DNA of 63,923 bases, counting the filler, from Octopus bimaculoides (lineage: Eukaryota), in assembly GCF_001194135.2 (NCBI RefSeq). It is 7 parts of 6 records of this genome, joined end to end, with 100 filler letters (N's around TTAATTAATTAA, not from the genome) between each part and the next. Parts side by side here need not be neighbours in the genome. Positions count along the whole stretch, not along the records: positions 40,697 to 55,169 come from NC_069006.1; positions 55,270 to 58,228 come from NC_068984.1; positions 58,329 to 63,923 come from NW_026435104.1; 4 more parts are not named here. The stretch is one strand, 5' to 3'. Position 1 is the first letter of the stretch, and each line of letters begins with the position of its first letter. The notes beneath the pieces were generated by a model. It did not search any database. It saw only the letters and a list, made by a program, of their open reading frames with translations, and was not told the DNA's origin. This document shows, piece after piece, positions 49,722-61,890 of the stretch. The position numbers and the translations under genes were made by a program.

Positions 49722-50428
49722 CTTTTCTACTCTAGGCACAAGGCCCGCAATTTTTGGGGAGAGGTGGGCCAATCAGTTAGATCGATCTCAGTACGTAACT
49801 GGTACTTAATTTATTGACCCTGAAAGGATTAAAGGCAAAGTTGACCTCGGCGGAATTTGAACTCAGAATGTAAAGACAAATGAAATACCGCTAAGCATTT
49901 CATCCAGCATGCTAATGATGCTGCCAGCTTACTGATTTGTTCCCAAGTAAAATAATCTTTTCTACCCTAGGTACAAGGCCTGAAATTTTGCGGGAGGGGG
50001 CCAGTTGATTAGATCAACCCTGAAAAGATGAAAGGCAAAATCGACCTTGGCAGAATTTAAACTCAGAACATGAAGACATGAAATACTGCTAAGCATTTCG
50101 CCCATTGAGCTAACGTTTCTGCCAGCTCGCCACCTTANNNNNNNNNNNNNNNNNNNNNNNNNNNNNNNNNNNNNNNNNNNNNNNNNNNNNNNNNNNNNNN
50201 NNNNNNNNNNNNNNNNNNNNNNNNNNNNNNNNNNNNNNNNNNNNNNNNNNNNNNNNNNNNNNNNNNNNNNNNNNNNNNNNNNNNNNNNNTAACTGGTACT
50301 TAATTTATTGACCCTGAAAGGATTAAAGGCAAAGTTGACCTCGGCGGAATTTGAACTCAGAACTTGAAGACAGACGAAATATCACTAAGCATTTCACCTG
50401 GCATACTAACCATTCTGCCAGCTCACTG
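49722..50428 (-). mobile_element. Three tandem SINE family B copies, gapped
   Basis: 49722-49930, 49960-50137, 50290-50428; a diverged SINE C follows at ~50555-50875. Confidence 0.8.
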
Positions 50429-51169
50429 CTTTTCATATGTGGAAATGTTATCAACATAATGACCTCCCCCCCCCCAAGATACAATGCAACTGTAGAACTT
50501 GTAGGCTTTTTTCTCCTACTTTCGGTGATTATTTTTCCTGACTGATACAATTTTAATAACCTGGCACTCTGTCGGTTATGGTAACGAGGGTTCCAGTCAA
50601 TCTGATCAACAGAACAGGCTTCTCGGGATATTAATGTGCAAGCGGCTGAGAATTCCAAAGACACGTGTACCCTTAATGTAGTTCTCTGGGAGATTCAGCA
50701 TGACACAGAAAGTGACAAGGCTGGCCCCTTTGAATCACAGGTACAATTCATTTCTGACAGCTGAGTAGACTGAAGCAATGTGAAATAAAGTGTCTTGCTC
50801 AAGGGCACAACGAACTGCCTGGACCAGGAATGAAGCCCAGGATCTAGCAACACACTAACCACCGGGTCATATGCACCCTCACTACACGCACACACCCACA
50901 CATATATATAAAGAAACACACTCACACATATATACACATATACACACACGCATGTTTAGCTGAGATGAAGTGGAACCAAATCAGTGACCAGGTCACAGCG
51001 GGGGCAATAAAAATGTTGACACCAAATCATAAATGTTTGAGTGAAGTGAAGTCTTTGTGTTGTTTCTGAATGGCTAATATGTGTCCCCCCACCATACTGT
51101 AATTGTTTTAGCTTCAAAACATGACCTCGGATCAAATCACTTGCCTGACAAATACATCTTTTGAATTTA

Positions 51170-52643
51170 TTGGGTCATCCGGAAAGTTCTGAGTGATCTT
51201 CACTGGTGTGTCTTTAACCCTTTAGCATTCACATAGTTTTGAATTGATCAGGTATTATGTTTTTAGTTTTGAGATTTTGATGAGGAAACTGTTGATTTTT
51301 AAAATGATATTGTAAGGTTGGTGTGAGAGGCCAGATCTGGCAAGTCCAAACATAAAACAGGGTAGAATATTTGGGCCAGATATGGTCAGTTTAAATGCTA
51401 AAGGGTTAATAATTGTACGACCAACATGTTGGCATCAGATGTAGCATAGAAACCTAACAATTACATCTCGCACCATGAGTCAGAACATCTACATTTTGTC
51501 AGCCTTTACAAAAGGTCAAAAAGGGACAACCAATAAATGTATTTTTGGCATGTAATGATTTTCTGTTTTCAGAAAGGATGAAAATGCTGCAGAATCATGT
51601 AAAACCATTTGTGAAATATATGGTGAACATGCTGTAGGTGAGTCGATGGTTTGGAGATGGTTTGCAAGATTCAAAAGATGGGATTTCGGCTTAGAAGATG
51701 CAAGTTGCTAAGGAAGACCTTCAAAGTTGAATGATGATCTTTTGAAGGTAAACGTTGAACCGGCTCAAAATGCATGGTTAGGGAGCTTGTAGCAAAATGT
51801 TGGAAGTTGCCAAATGTACCGTTCATGAACACTTAAGAAAACTTGGGTACAATTCCCACTCTGATGTGTGGATCCCTCACAAGGTGTCAGAGAAAAAATG
51901 TACGGACCTGTTTGTCATGTGTGATGATACAGAAAAGACCAGCGTGGCCCCTGTACAAGGACATGCTCTTAAAATGCAACGAAACTAAACCATTTTTGAA
52001 GTGATTGGTGACTTGAGATGAGAAACGGTATATTTACAATAATATAGTGTGGAAACAACCCAAGGAATTTGGGTGAGAATTGACCAAAACAGCTTCAAAA
52101 AACAGTTATGCTTTATCTGTGGTGGGATTTCAAAGGCATTATTTGTTATGATCTCCTCCCACACAATCAGATTATCAATTCTGATGTGTACTGCCACCAG
52201 CTGAAGAAATTCAATGATACAGCAGATGAGGCCAGGACTAATCCAGCAGGAAATGGCTTGTGTTCTAACAAGACAACACCAGACCAGCACAAAGTTGCAG
52301 GAACCAAAGTAGGAACTTTTATTACTGTATCCACCATATCCTCCTGACATTACACCATCACTTTTCTCATTTCTTTAAGTCCCTGCAAAATTCCTTGAAA
52401 AAATTCCGGAAATCAGTTAATGATTTAGATGCAAATCAAAAATCACGTGGATAACACTGTTATCCTCCAAGACAGCCCAGTTCTATGTGGATGGAATTTT
52501 AAAAGCTGCCGAACAGATTGACTGAAGTCATTAACAAAAATGGTGGGTTATTTTGATGAATAAAAAATTACAGTAATACAAACATATTTGTTTTATTTCC
52601 ATTCAGGAAAAAAAAAACACTCCAAATTTTCTTGATAACTCAA
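51170..52643 (+). mobile_element. Full-length decayed mariner element
   Basis: Diverged TIRs ttgggtcatccggaaagttctgagtg / cactccaaattttcttgataactcaa; transposase remnants WRWFARFK, GRPSKLNDD, VWIPHKVSE, VT*DEK, MLYLWWDFKGII, QDNTRP, PPYPPDITPS. Confidence 0.9.
51218..51405. mobile_element. piggyBac-type MITE nested in the mariner 5' region
   Basis: TTAA at 51214-17 and 51406-09; perfect 12-bp TIR CCCTTTAGCATT / AATGCTAAAGGG. Confidence 0.9.
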
Positions 52644-53112
52644 CAGGTTGATGATATCTACAAACTTCGACATTATTATTATTATTATCATTATCATTAT
52701 TATTAACTTAAGAGGTGCAAGGACACCCTAGTAAGATTGCTCAAAGCGAGTATTGTACCCCATGCAGTAAACCCTGGAGCCCTGATTTGAGGGATTAAAC
52801 ACAACATGGAAATATGGTTATGCATATGATTTTGTGGTAATTCAGATTTTGAAAAACTTTTGATAGGTTCCATTTGCTGGCCTTAAGTTCTAGAGAAAAT
52901 ATTAAGCATGAGTATATGTATATCATAGGATTATATATCTGAAAAAGAAGCAGACTCTAAAGGTTAGAGCAGTAATGTGTTTATACGAAGTTAGATATAT
53001 ATATCCGCTCATAATGTGACCAATGGTTTCACATAACGAGTCATCTATAAAGCTAAGCACTTTATCGATGTGAAATTATTAGTCACTGTACGACCGGACA
53101 TATATTTAACAG

Positions 53113-53485
53113 TAAGTTGACAGTATACAACTACTTTATCGCATCACTACTGCTTAAGTCTCTCTGAGAGATTTAGAAATCTATTATTTCTAATTTTTGT
53201 AACCAGTGAATGTATTTCACTGAAATGGTATATCTTTGCGAGAGGTAAACAGACTTTTTCAAACAGCTAGTCATGCTACTTCAGGCTGATGACGAGCAAA
53301 GACTCAGAAACATGTCCCTGAATGCAGGCTAGGCTGGGTGGAGGAGTTTGTCTCCCCCTCGCAAAGATAAGGACACAGGAAATGTGTCAAGGCCAACAGG
53401 AAGCGGTCCAGCTTCCTAGGGCTAAATAGCAGTAGTATATTCCCTTATTTGGACTGTCACGTTAAGTTGGCAGTATACAACTACT
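53113..53485 (+). mobile_element. Candidate retrozyme-like unit: 350-nt monomer with 23-nt terminal redundancy
   Basis: taagttg(a/g)cagtatacaactact at 53113-35 and 53463-85; several perfect internal stems; contains a hammerhead motif. Confidence 0.65.
53264..53336 (+). ncRNA. Type I hammerhead ribozyme motif
   Basis: Stem I TTCAGG(53280-85)/CCTGAA(53317-22) with extensions; core CTGATGA 53286-92; stem II GAG/CTC; GAAA 53307-10; palindromic stem III ACATGT; GTC triplet 53314-16. The stem II closing position is C.A instead of G-C. Confidence 0.7.
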
Positions 53486-54194
53486 ATATATATATATAGA
53501 TAGATAGATAGACAGATGAGAGAAAGACAGATACACATACATAGATATAGAGAGACAGACATAAATATAATTTATAAATACATGGAATACTTGTATGTGT
53601 GTGTGTATATATATAAATACCCATCAATGTGTGTACAAACATACACACATACACATAAATGACATTAGGCATTGTAAGCACTTAGGACAGCAAAAAAAAG
53701 GTAATATATATATATACACATATATAAAATATACATTTGAGAAATCAATGAGATATTTATAGAGATAAAACTTTTTGGCTTATAACAGTAAAATATTTTA
53801 TAGTCTAATTAGAGAGAGAGAGAGAATGAGAGACAAAGTGAGAAAGAGAGAGTGAAAGATTTCAGGTGCATTTTGATGTAACTGAAAGGCAGCCACCTGG
53901 AATGACCGAAAGTTAATTTAAATCTTATGGTGCTCATGCCTAAGACTATGCCAACATCACTTCAGCTTCGAGTTAAGATTGTGACAGTCTAGAAATGTTG
54001 ATGATGGCTTTTTAACACTTTACTGTTCTGAATAAACTGTAAGGAATGAAAATATGGAAGAGAATCCTGGAAGATGGCCACATTTTTAATATAGCAAGGC
54101 TGAAAGGCAAGCTGGAGTCAGAGTCGAAGTGGAAGTCTTTAGTTTCAACTCAGCCCTGATATATATATATATATATATATATATNNNNNNNNNN

Positions 54195-54236
<42 letters not shown>

Positions 54237-54279
54237 CATGTACGCACACACACACAGATACATCAATATATCACACACA

Positions 54280-54942
54280 CACACATCTATATATCAAGTT
54301 TTATTTAAGAGAAAAATTTGCTATCTTTCATAGAAAAAAATATTTGCCAATATTTTATACAAACTTTTAAAAATATGAATTTACTTTCTGTGAATGAAGA
54401 ACTTAGTGGCAGGAGTGTGGCATGGATGGAGAGGCAGACATGTCTGTTTGGAATAGGTATAAGGAGACAGGGACATACAATGCTGGCTGATGACTTGGGT
54501 GGAGTCTGTACACTCTGCTTTGTTGGTGTTGTATGTTGATGGGGACGCAGAGGAATACATCTGGGGCTATTTTTCTGTTTAGCTGCTCTGGATATATTTG
54601 GTGTTGAGAGGGTGCAGATTATTTGGGGTATGAGGGGTTGGAAAGACTAGGAAGGTGTTGAGTGGGTTTAGAATGTAGGTGGTATGAGAGGCTGCAAATG
54701 GCGGGGATTGAACTCATGTTGGGCAGGGTTATAATGTTGGGGTAGGGTATGAAATGTTGGAGATGGTGGGTATTGAACTGGTGTTGTGTAGGTTTGGAAT
54801 GTAGGGGTATGAGAGGCTGGACTGGGTGGGGATTGAACTGGTGACACTGTCAGAGAGCAGGCAAGAGGTTAGGGGTCAGGTAGTTGCAGGTAGCAGTAAA
54901 ACTAGTTGTCACTGAGCTGTCGTATGCTGGAAGGGTCGATGC
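54280..54942 (-). other. Probable 3' UTR of the phosphatase gene, with polyA signal
   Basis: Follows the stop without a gap; AATAAA on the minus strand at 54300-54305; no RNA evidence available. Confidence 0.45.
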
Positions 54943-55068
54943 TCAGCTGGTGTCCAGTCGAATTAGTCTTAATTTAGAATTATCTGCCAAGACACAGGCG
55001 GCTTCGTTGGAACCACCACAATATCTTGATGAAGAAAACACAGTCAACAGCTTCCCCTCCTGTTGCAC
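54943..55068 (-). CDS. Terminal coding exon of a PPP-family (calcineurin-like) Ser/Thr phosphatase
   Basis: Acceptor tcttttattattctcattttAG; phase 0; VQQEGKLLTVFSSSRYCGGSNEAACVLADNSKLRLIRLDTS*; parallels PP1 (K)LVTLFSAPNYCGEFDNAGA. Missed by the ORF track (41 aa). Upstream exons not found. Confidence 0.8.
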   Translation of the reverse strand: MQQEGKLLTVFSSSRYCGGSNEAACVLADNSKLRLIRLDTS

Positions 55069-58000
55069 CTAAAATGAGAATAATAAAAGACATTTAACGC
55101 TTTTAAATTGATTGGTTTTTCTTGAAACAATCACAAACAAACTGTTCTTTAACTATCAAGGTTAATGGGNNNNNNNNNNNNNNNNNNNNNNNNNNNNNNN
55201 NNNNNNNNNNNNNTTAATTAATTAANNNNNNNNNNNNNNNNNNNNNNNNNNNNNNNNNNNNNNNNNNNNATATATATATATATACACACACACACATTAA
55301 TATATATAATCACATCTTAAACACTAATAGCCAAAACATGTATAATGCAGAAAATATTTATTTAGTTTTTTTTTAATGTGAAATTGATTGGTGAGCAAAC
55401 ATTCTAATGATCTCATATGTAAACAGGAAAGTGGTAGGTATAAAATTTTAAAATTAACAACAATTTTTCTGTTTACTGAAAACATCAGTAAAGTGTTTAC
55501 ACACCATTCATGTGTGTGTACATATATATATATATATAGGAAATAGAAAAATGACACACCCACACACACATATATATAATACATATATATATTATATATA
55601 TATATACACATATACACACACATACATACACATACACAAACATATCTATATACAATGCATGCACACTCACAGGCATACACATGTACACATATGCATACAA
55701 TCATGATTATACCATCACTATCATCACCATCATCATACAACCACTTTTCCAAGCTGGCATCATTTAAAGAAATCACAGCTTGAGGCAATTCTCATTTGGA
55801 TTACTGTCCATTTACATATATTTATACACAGATGTAAAATTGAATAAACTTAGGTTTTAAGCAATACTGACCCACACTGAAGACATTTAAATTGTATTTT
55901 GTGACACCATAACTCACTTAAGTAGAAATTGTTTGTAGGCCAAAACATAGCCAGTTGTTATTTTTTCAGATATTTCTTGGGGGAATTTCTCCATATGCCA
56001 ATTTGAAGATTACGAGGTTTTTTCCTTCTTTGACTTGGTCAGAGATAATGATGAAAAAAGAACAACTGATAGAAGGATAAAACTGTATAGCAATATGACT
56101 ATATAGTGTAAGTTTCATTTGCTAGGGAGCAAATGGTATGGGTACTATCTTTAGGTGATTTTAAATTTGAGAAAAGTAAATGTTAATTGATGGTCCAAGA
56201 GAGGTAAATGGCAAGTGATGTAACATTAATCAAGTATAGGTATCCAAGGTGATGCAAAGCAAAACTGCACATTGCAGTAAATAATATTCAAATGGTAAAG
56301 AAATGAGACACAGTTACTACCTAAATAACAAAGTATAGCTTTAAATAGAATAATATTCAAAGCATTTTAGCTAACTGGCTTAAAGTATAAAAAAGTATAT
56401 AATGTAGTGTGAGCATTTTACCCTAATTTCATTGGATTTATTAAAGACATTATTGGAAATCCTAAAATGTTCCAGTAATCTAGTGCAGCAAAGTTTACAC
56501 CCATACTGTCATTTGTATTGGGTAAAAAAGTGTGCTTGATTATGCTCAAGGTAATATCCTTCGTTTTCCAAATCATTTCAATGAGTGATGTAACTTTAGC
56601 TTTAACATGTTTTTTAACAGTATAAATATGACTATATGATCTACATTTAACTTCATTCCACCAGTATAGGTAAATGTAGTTGGATTAGTTCAGATACACA
56701 TCTATAGATAATATTATTAGAGGGGTATAAATTGTTAAGAGGACATTAAAGTTTATTTCTACAATTACGCAACACAGAAGGTGAATGGACATTAATATGA
56801 AGGGTGTTAGCACAGAAATATTAATCTGCTGCTTGTATGCAGTTGTAGGAGAATAATAATTATCATTAAACCTGTTAGATCTACTCCCATATTCAGAATA
56901 AGAACCCTGTCAACTCTTGTTTCATTTCCTTTGCACTTCAAGTTACCTCCACCCCCTGGAACCATATATATCTTTCATTCTCTTTATTATCCCTTCTCAC
57001 ACTATTTCCTTTCTGTGTCCCTTTAGTCATTGCACTCTCTCTTCTACCATACTCCATTTTAACACTTCTCATTTCTCTTATTACTGTCAACACACTTTCA
57101 TATTGACCATCATGTTCCACCTACTACAGCTATTCTTATGTTCATCTGCATCTCCCTCCCTACCAATCCCACATCTTGCTCATCATACCCTATTTTTCAA
57201 TCTATTCTCTTTCCTGAGCTACTCCTATCTCTCCCTTCTTATCTCTAACCATACTGGTATTTCCATTAAACTGCACTTCCACCCTTGTTCATCATTCACT
57301 ACATTCATCTCTACCCCTTCTCTAGCCATTTGCTACTCTTTCATCACACTCTTATGAAACTACCTTTTCTTCCCCTGATTCTCTGTCTGTATCCTCTCTC
57401 ATACTCACCATCTTGTATCTTAGGATACCATTTCATCTAGTCATCACTGTCTCTACCTTCTTTTCAGCTACTCTGATCTGCTCCTATATAATGTGAAACA
57501 GCTATGTATCTCCTCTATAGTAAGACTCATATGCTTGTCCCATCATCAAACTTCAGCCTCTTGGTTCCTGGCACAAAATCACTGCCACCCACTCAAATAC
57601 TTCCCCCTATTAAGTAGAGGGGCTTTTTCCTTTTTCTTGTTTTTTTTTTTCTCATCTTGCAAGTTACTCAGCAAACTTACCAGTGCCAGATTCATGAAAA
57701 AAGAGGTTGGCATTAGGAAGAGTTACAAGGCAAGCTCACTAGTGTTGGTGCCATGAAAATAAAAGCACTGAGTACACCCCAAAAAACTGAGACACTACAG
57801 CAACGACACTGGACGAAAACGGCTTTAGCTGCAGTCAATCATGAAATCTTCTCCTGAGTTTCTGATATGTCTTGACGCGATGTGCAAGTATTCATAAACA
57901 AATGGTTTGTTAATACATTGATTACAGATAAAAGCTATCCAAGTATACTGTGTGAGTATGGAAAAGTAGATGTTAAAAAATTGATGATAATGATGAGGAG

Positions 58001-58191
58001 GAGAGGGAGGAGGATGACAATAAGAATGATCGTATGTGTGCTTGTACACTTATACATACTTGATAATGTATAACTACCAAATATATAATAACAGGGAAAG
58101 TGTATATTCATACGTATGCATATGTGTATGTGTGAGTGTGTGAATGCCTGAGTAAGTATGAGTAAGTGTATGTGTGTGTGTGTGTGTGTGT

Positions 58192-58228
<37 letters not shown>

Positions 58229-59526
58229 NNNNNNNNNNNNNNNNNNNNNNNNNNNNNNNNNNNNNNNNNNNNTTAATTAATTAANNNNNNNNNNNNNNNN
58301 NNNNNNNNNNNNNNNNNNNNNNNNNNNNATGTATAAATATTTTGTTAAATATTCAATGAGAATATTATATACTGATTTTACGTTCAGTGCTCTTTTGTCT
58401 CATAGTATTAATACTATTAATGTATTTATACATTTAATACGAGAGATTATATATACTATATAATATATTGTTAATTATATCAGGAAATAAATATCAGAAA
58501 ATTCTTGAGGAAGCTATATACGTGTGTAGGATAATTGTTGTATTAAAAATATAAATATATATAAATATATGTAAATATGCATAAGTATAAATATATAATT
58601 ATGACACTTTAAAAGTTTCGGATTAACTTTTGAAAGCTTCTTACGATCGTTTCGCTAAAGTGTTGTCTCTATAGTGGAATCCTATAGGATTAATAGGATT
58701 TATACTTATGCATATTTACATGTATTCATATTTACATGTATTATATGTATTCATATTTTTAGTACAATAATTATTCTACACACGTATATATCTTCCTGAA
58801 TAATTTTCTGATACTGATTTCCTGATATTATTAACAATGTATATANNNNNNNNNNTATATATATATATATATGCATGTATGTCTGTGTATATATGTGTGT
58901 GTATGCATATGTGTGTGTTTTCGAAAGGAAAACTAGATCAGAGAAAGACTTTTTGAGAGATCGAGGACAGAACGAAGGAGATATATACACACATAAGTAT
59001 ATTCATGCGTTTGTCTACACACACACACACATATATACACACACACACACACATGTACGTGTTTGTGTTTTTGCGTGTGTTTATGTATGTATGTGTCTCT
59101 ATCTATCTATCTATATATATGTGTATCTTTATCTCTGTCTGTCTCTCTTTATAGATAAGTGTGTGTACGTATATAATATATATTTATATGCGTGTGTGAG
59201 CACGTGTGAGTGTAGGACGACTGTTTCTCGCTCCACCCTCGTCTCTCTGCATCACCTCTCCGTTTCGCTTTCCGTTTCCGCCTCTAACAAAATAGACAGA
59301 CGACAAAATTGCGCTGAGGCGGGAAACTGAAGACAAAGTGTCAGCCATCTTTATTTCTTCCATTTTGAAATATGTATATGTGAAAGTTCTGCCATTATGG
59401 TCTCTCTTCGTCTCCCCCACCACCACCACCTTACGTTTTGACAGACGATAGTGGAAAATTGAACGTTGGCAACGTGGAATATGGTGCTCTTACTGCTATC
59501 AATAGAATGGTGTTGTACAATTGCGA

Positions 59527-59560
<34 letters not shown>

Positions 59561-60057
59561 NNNNNNNNNNNNNNNNNNNNNNNNNNNNNNNNNNNNNNNN
59601 NNNNNNNNNNNNNNNNNNNNNNNNNNNNNNNNNNNNNNNNNNNNNNNNNNNNNNNNNNNNNNNNNNNNNNNNNNNNNNNNNNNNNNNNNNNNNNNNNNNN
59701 NNNNNNNNNNNNNNNNNNNNNNNNNNNNNNNNNNNNNNNNNNNNNNNNNNNNNNNNNNNNNNNNNNNNNNNNNNNNNNNNNNNNNNNNNNNNNNNNNNNN
59801 NNNNNNNNNNNNNNNNNNNNNNNNNNNNNNNNNNNNNNNNNNNNNNNNNNNNNNNNNNNNNNNNNNNNNNNNNNNNNNNNNNNNNNNNNNNNNNNNNNNN
59901 NNNNNNNNNNNNNNNNNNNNNNNNNNNNNNNNNNNNNNNNNNNNNNNNNNNNNNNNNNNNNNNNNTATCTGGAAGCAAATTCCGTTAGATATGATGCAGA
60001 GAATGAAACAATGCAAAGAAATACTTTTATCGTCATTGCTGCCTGTCTCTCCTTCTG

Positions 60058-60128
<71 letters not shown>

Positions 60129-60239
60129 CCTCTCTTCCCTATCTCTCTCTCTCTCTCCCCCTATCTATATATCGATCTATCTGCCAGCCTGCCTGTTTGT
60201 CTGTTTATCTGTCTATTTATGTATCTATCTGAGCCATCT

Positions 60240-60465
60240 CAACCAATACACTAGACAAAGAAGTATTAACTGTCCAGCCATACTTGAGGCAAATACTGGG
60301 GGCAATCACCGCGATGAACTCAGCCCATGGTTGTATTCGGTCACCACGTGACAATAGTCGACATAACTCTACGAGTCAGCTATGCTCGGGACACAGCACG
60401 AATGCGTGATGTACAGTTTCGTCCCCTTTGCGCATCTTAGAAGGTCCGGCCTATCGGCACTTCGG
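60240..60465 (-). mobile_element. L1/Tx1-like LINE C-terminal zinc-knuckle remnant
   Basis: Across frameshifts LRCAKGDETVHHAFVLCP/SIADS*SYVD resembles C..C...ETV.H....CP.I..LW.YV. Confidence 0.45.
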
Positions 60466-60472
60466 CATTGTG

Positions 60473-60703
60473 TTGGGTTGTCCGGAAAGTTCGTGCCGAT
60501 TTATAGTAGCTTTCCTTTCGACTTATTTGCCATGAAACCACTTCAGTTCTGGGAAGAGGGTATTTTCAAGTTAAAGGAAAGATAGCGGCGCATTGTGCAA
60601 CAAAATGGTTCATATTTGGTGGATTAAAAATGTAATGGCAAGTATCTATTGACCTTTTTTTCTTTCCTTTAAAAAATCGGCACGAACTTTCCGGACAACC
60701 AAA
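60473..60703 (+). mobile_element. Mariner-derived MITE
   Basis: ~30-bp TIRs ttgggttgtccggaaagttcgtgccgattt / aaatcggcacgaactttccggacaaccaaa; interior FWEEGIFKLKER*RRIVQQNGSYLVD* is a mariner C-terminus. Confidence 0.9.
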
Positions 60704-60839
60704 TATTAAAAATAGTGGGGTCAAAGACTGGAACAGGGTCGTAGCTTTACAAGAAGAGAACAGGAGAATGAAAGTCAGAGTTGAACTTTGCTGGGTTTCG
60801 AACACGGAACGTCACAAGTGTTTCGGATGAATGCGGATG

Positions 60840-61430
60840 CATGGATAGAGAGATGGATGGTTGGACATCATGACAGATATATTTCTTTTATTAGCCACAC
60901 AGAGCTCAACACATACTGACAGATAGATAGACAGGTAGATTGGTAAATAATTAGACAGGTACATTGATAGATAGATAAACTGGCAGAGAAATAGATAAAC
61001 ATACATAGGTAGATAAATAGATAGAAAGATAGGTAGGTAGATATATAGACGGATCAACAGGTAGATTGATAATTAGAGGGATGGAGATAAATAAGGTAGA
61101 GAAATACTTAGGTAGACAGATAGGTAAATAGATCTCGAGAGATAGGTAAATAGATCGATAGGCAGTTACATAGATAGATAGAGAGATGGATGGATGGATG
61201 GGTAGATACATAGATAGATAGATAGAGAGACATAGAGATAGATAGATAGATAGATAGATACAGAGATAGATAGATAGATAGGCAGAGAGATAGATAGATA
61301 AAGAGAGAGATGGATGGGCAGATAGATAGAGGCAGAGAGATTGTTGGATAGATAGATAGATAAATAGAGAGGGAGAGAGCTAGATAGACAGCCAGACAGA
61401 CAGAGAGATTGACAGATCAATATGTAGATG
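60840..61430. repeat. Degenerate (GATA)n array
   Basis: Direct reading; a (TCTA)n array lies at 60050-60230. Confidence 0.9.
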
Positions 61431-61569
61431 ATTAGGTAACTACGTAATTAGATAAATGAATTCACTCACATACAAACACATACACAGAGACCCTCACACA
61501 CTCACAGATACACACATACTAACTCACATACACCCATTTTGCCACCGCATTTCCATTGCTATACACAGC

Positions 61570-61870
61570 CATTGTTTTAATTAATTTTCAAAATAATTAA
61601 GAATTTAGTAAAATAATTATTAACCCCTTTTGTTACCATATTTCTGCTGAAATACATTGCCTTTTGTTTCAATTAATTTTGAAAATAATTAAGAATTCCG
61701 TAAAATAACTTTGTCGTTATTAATCCAATTATTATCATATTTCTGTTGAAATACACTGCTTTTGTCTGAATTAATTTTGAGAATAATGTAGAATTTAGCA
61801 AAATAACTTTGTCATTATTAAGTTAGAGTTTGGAACATAAATTAACATGAAATTTCGATGGAAGAAAGTT
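61570..61870. repeat. AT-rich ~95-99-bp unit, about three copies
   Basis: aattaatttt anchors at 61579, 61671 and 61769; catatttctg at 61637 and 61736. Confidence 0.75.
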
Positions 61871-61890
61871 TTAATTAATATGCAAGTGGC

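Noticed and set aside
55970-56016. Possible plus-strand micro-exon IFLGGISPYANLKIT
   Set aside because: Weak donor, 47 nt, no corroboration.
56900-57560. G-poor C/T-rich tract with a 146-aa ORF
   Set aside because: Compositional ORF (F/S/L/H/I); no motif or periodicity found.
57680-57760. Minus-strand GTAAGT donor as a candidate upstream phosphatase exon
   Set aside because: Sequence is a family E fragment (cttcctaatgccaacc) with no PPP motif.
4995-58284. Six identical TTAATTAATTAA motifs
   Set aside because: Always centred in N44/N44 blocks and give stops in all frames: assembly spacers. Order, distance and orientation across them are unverified.
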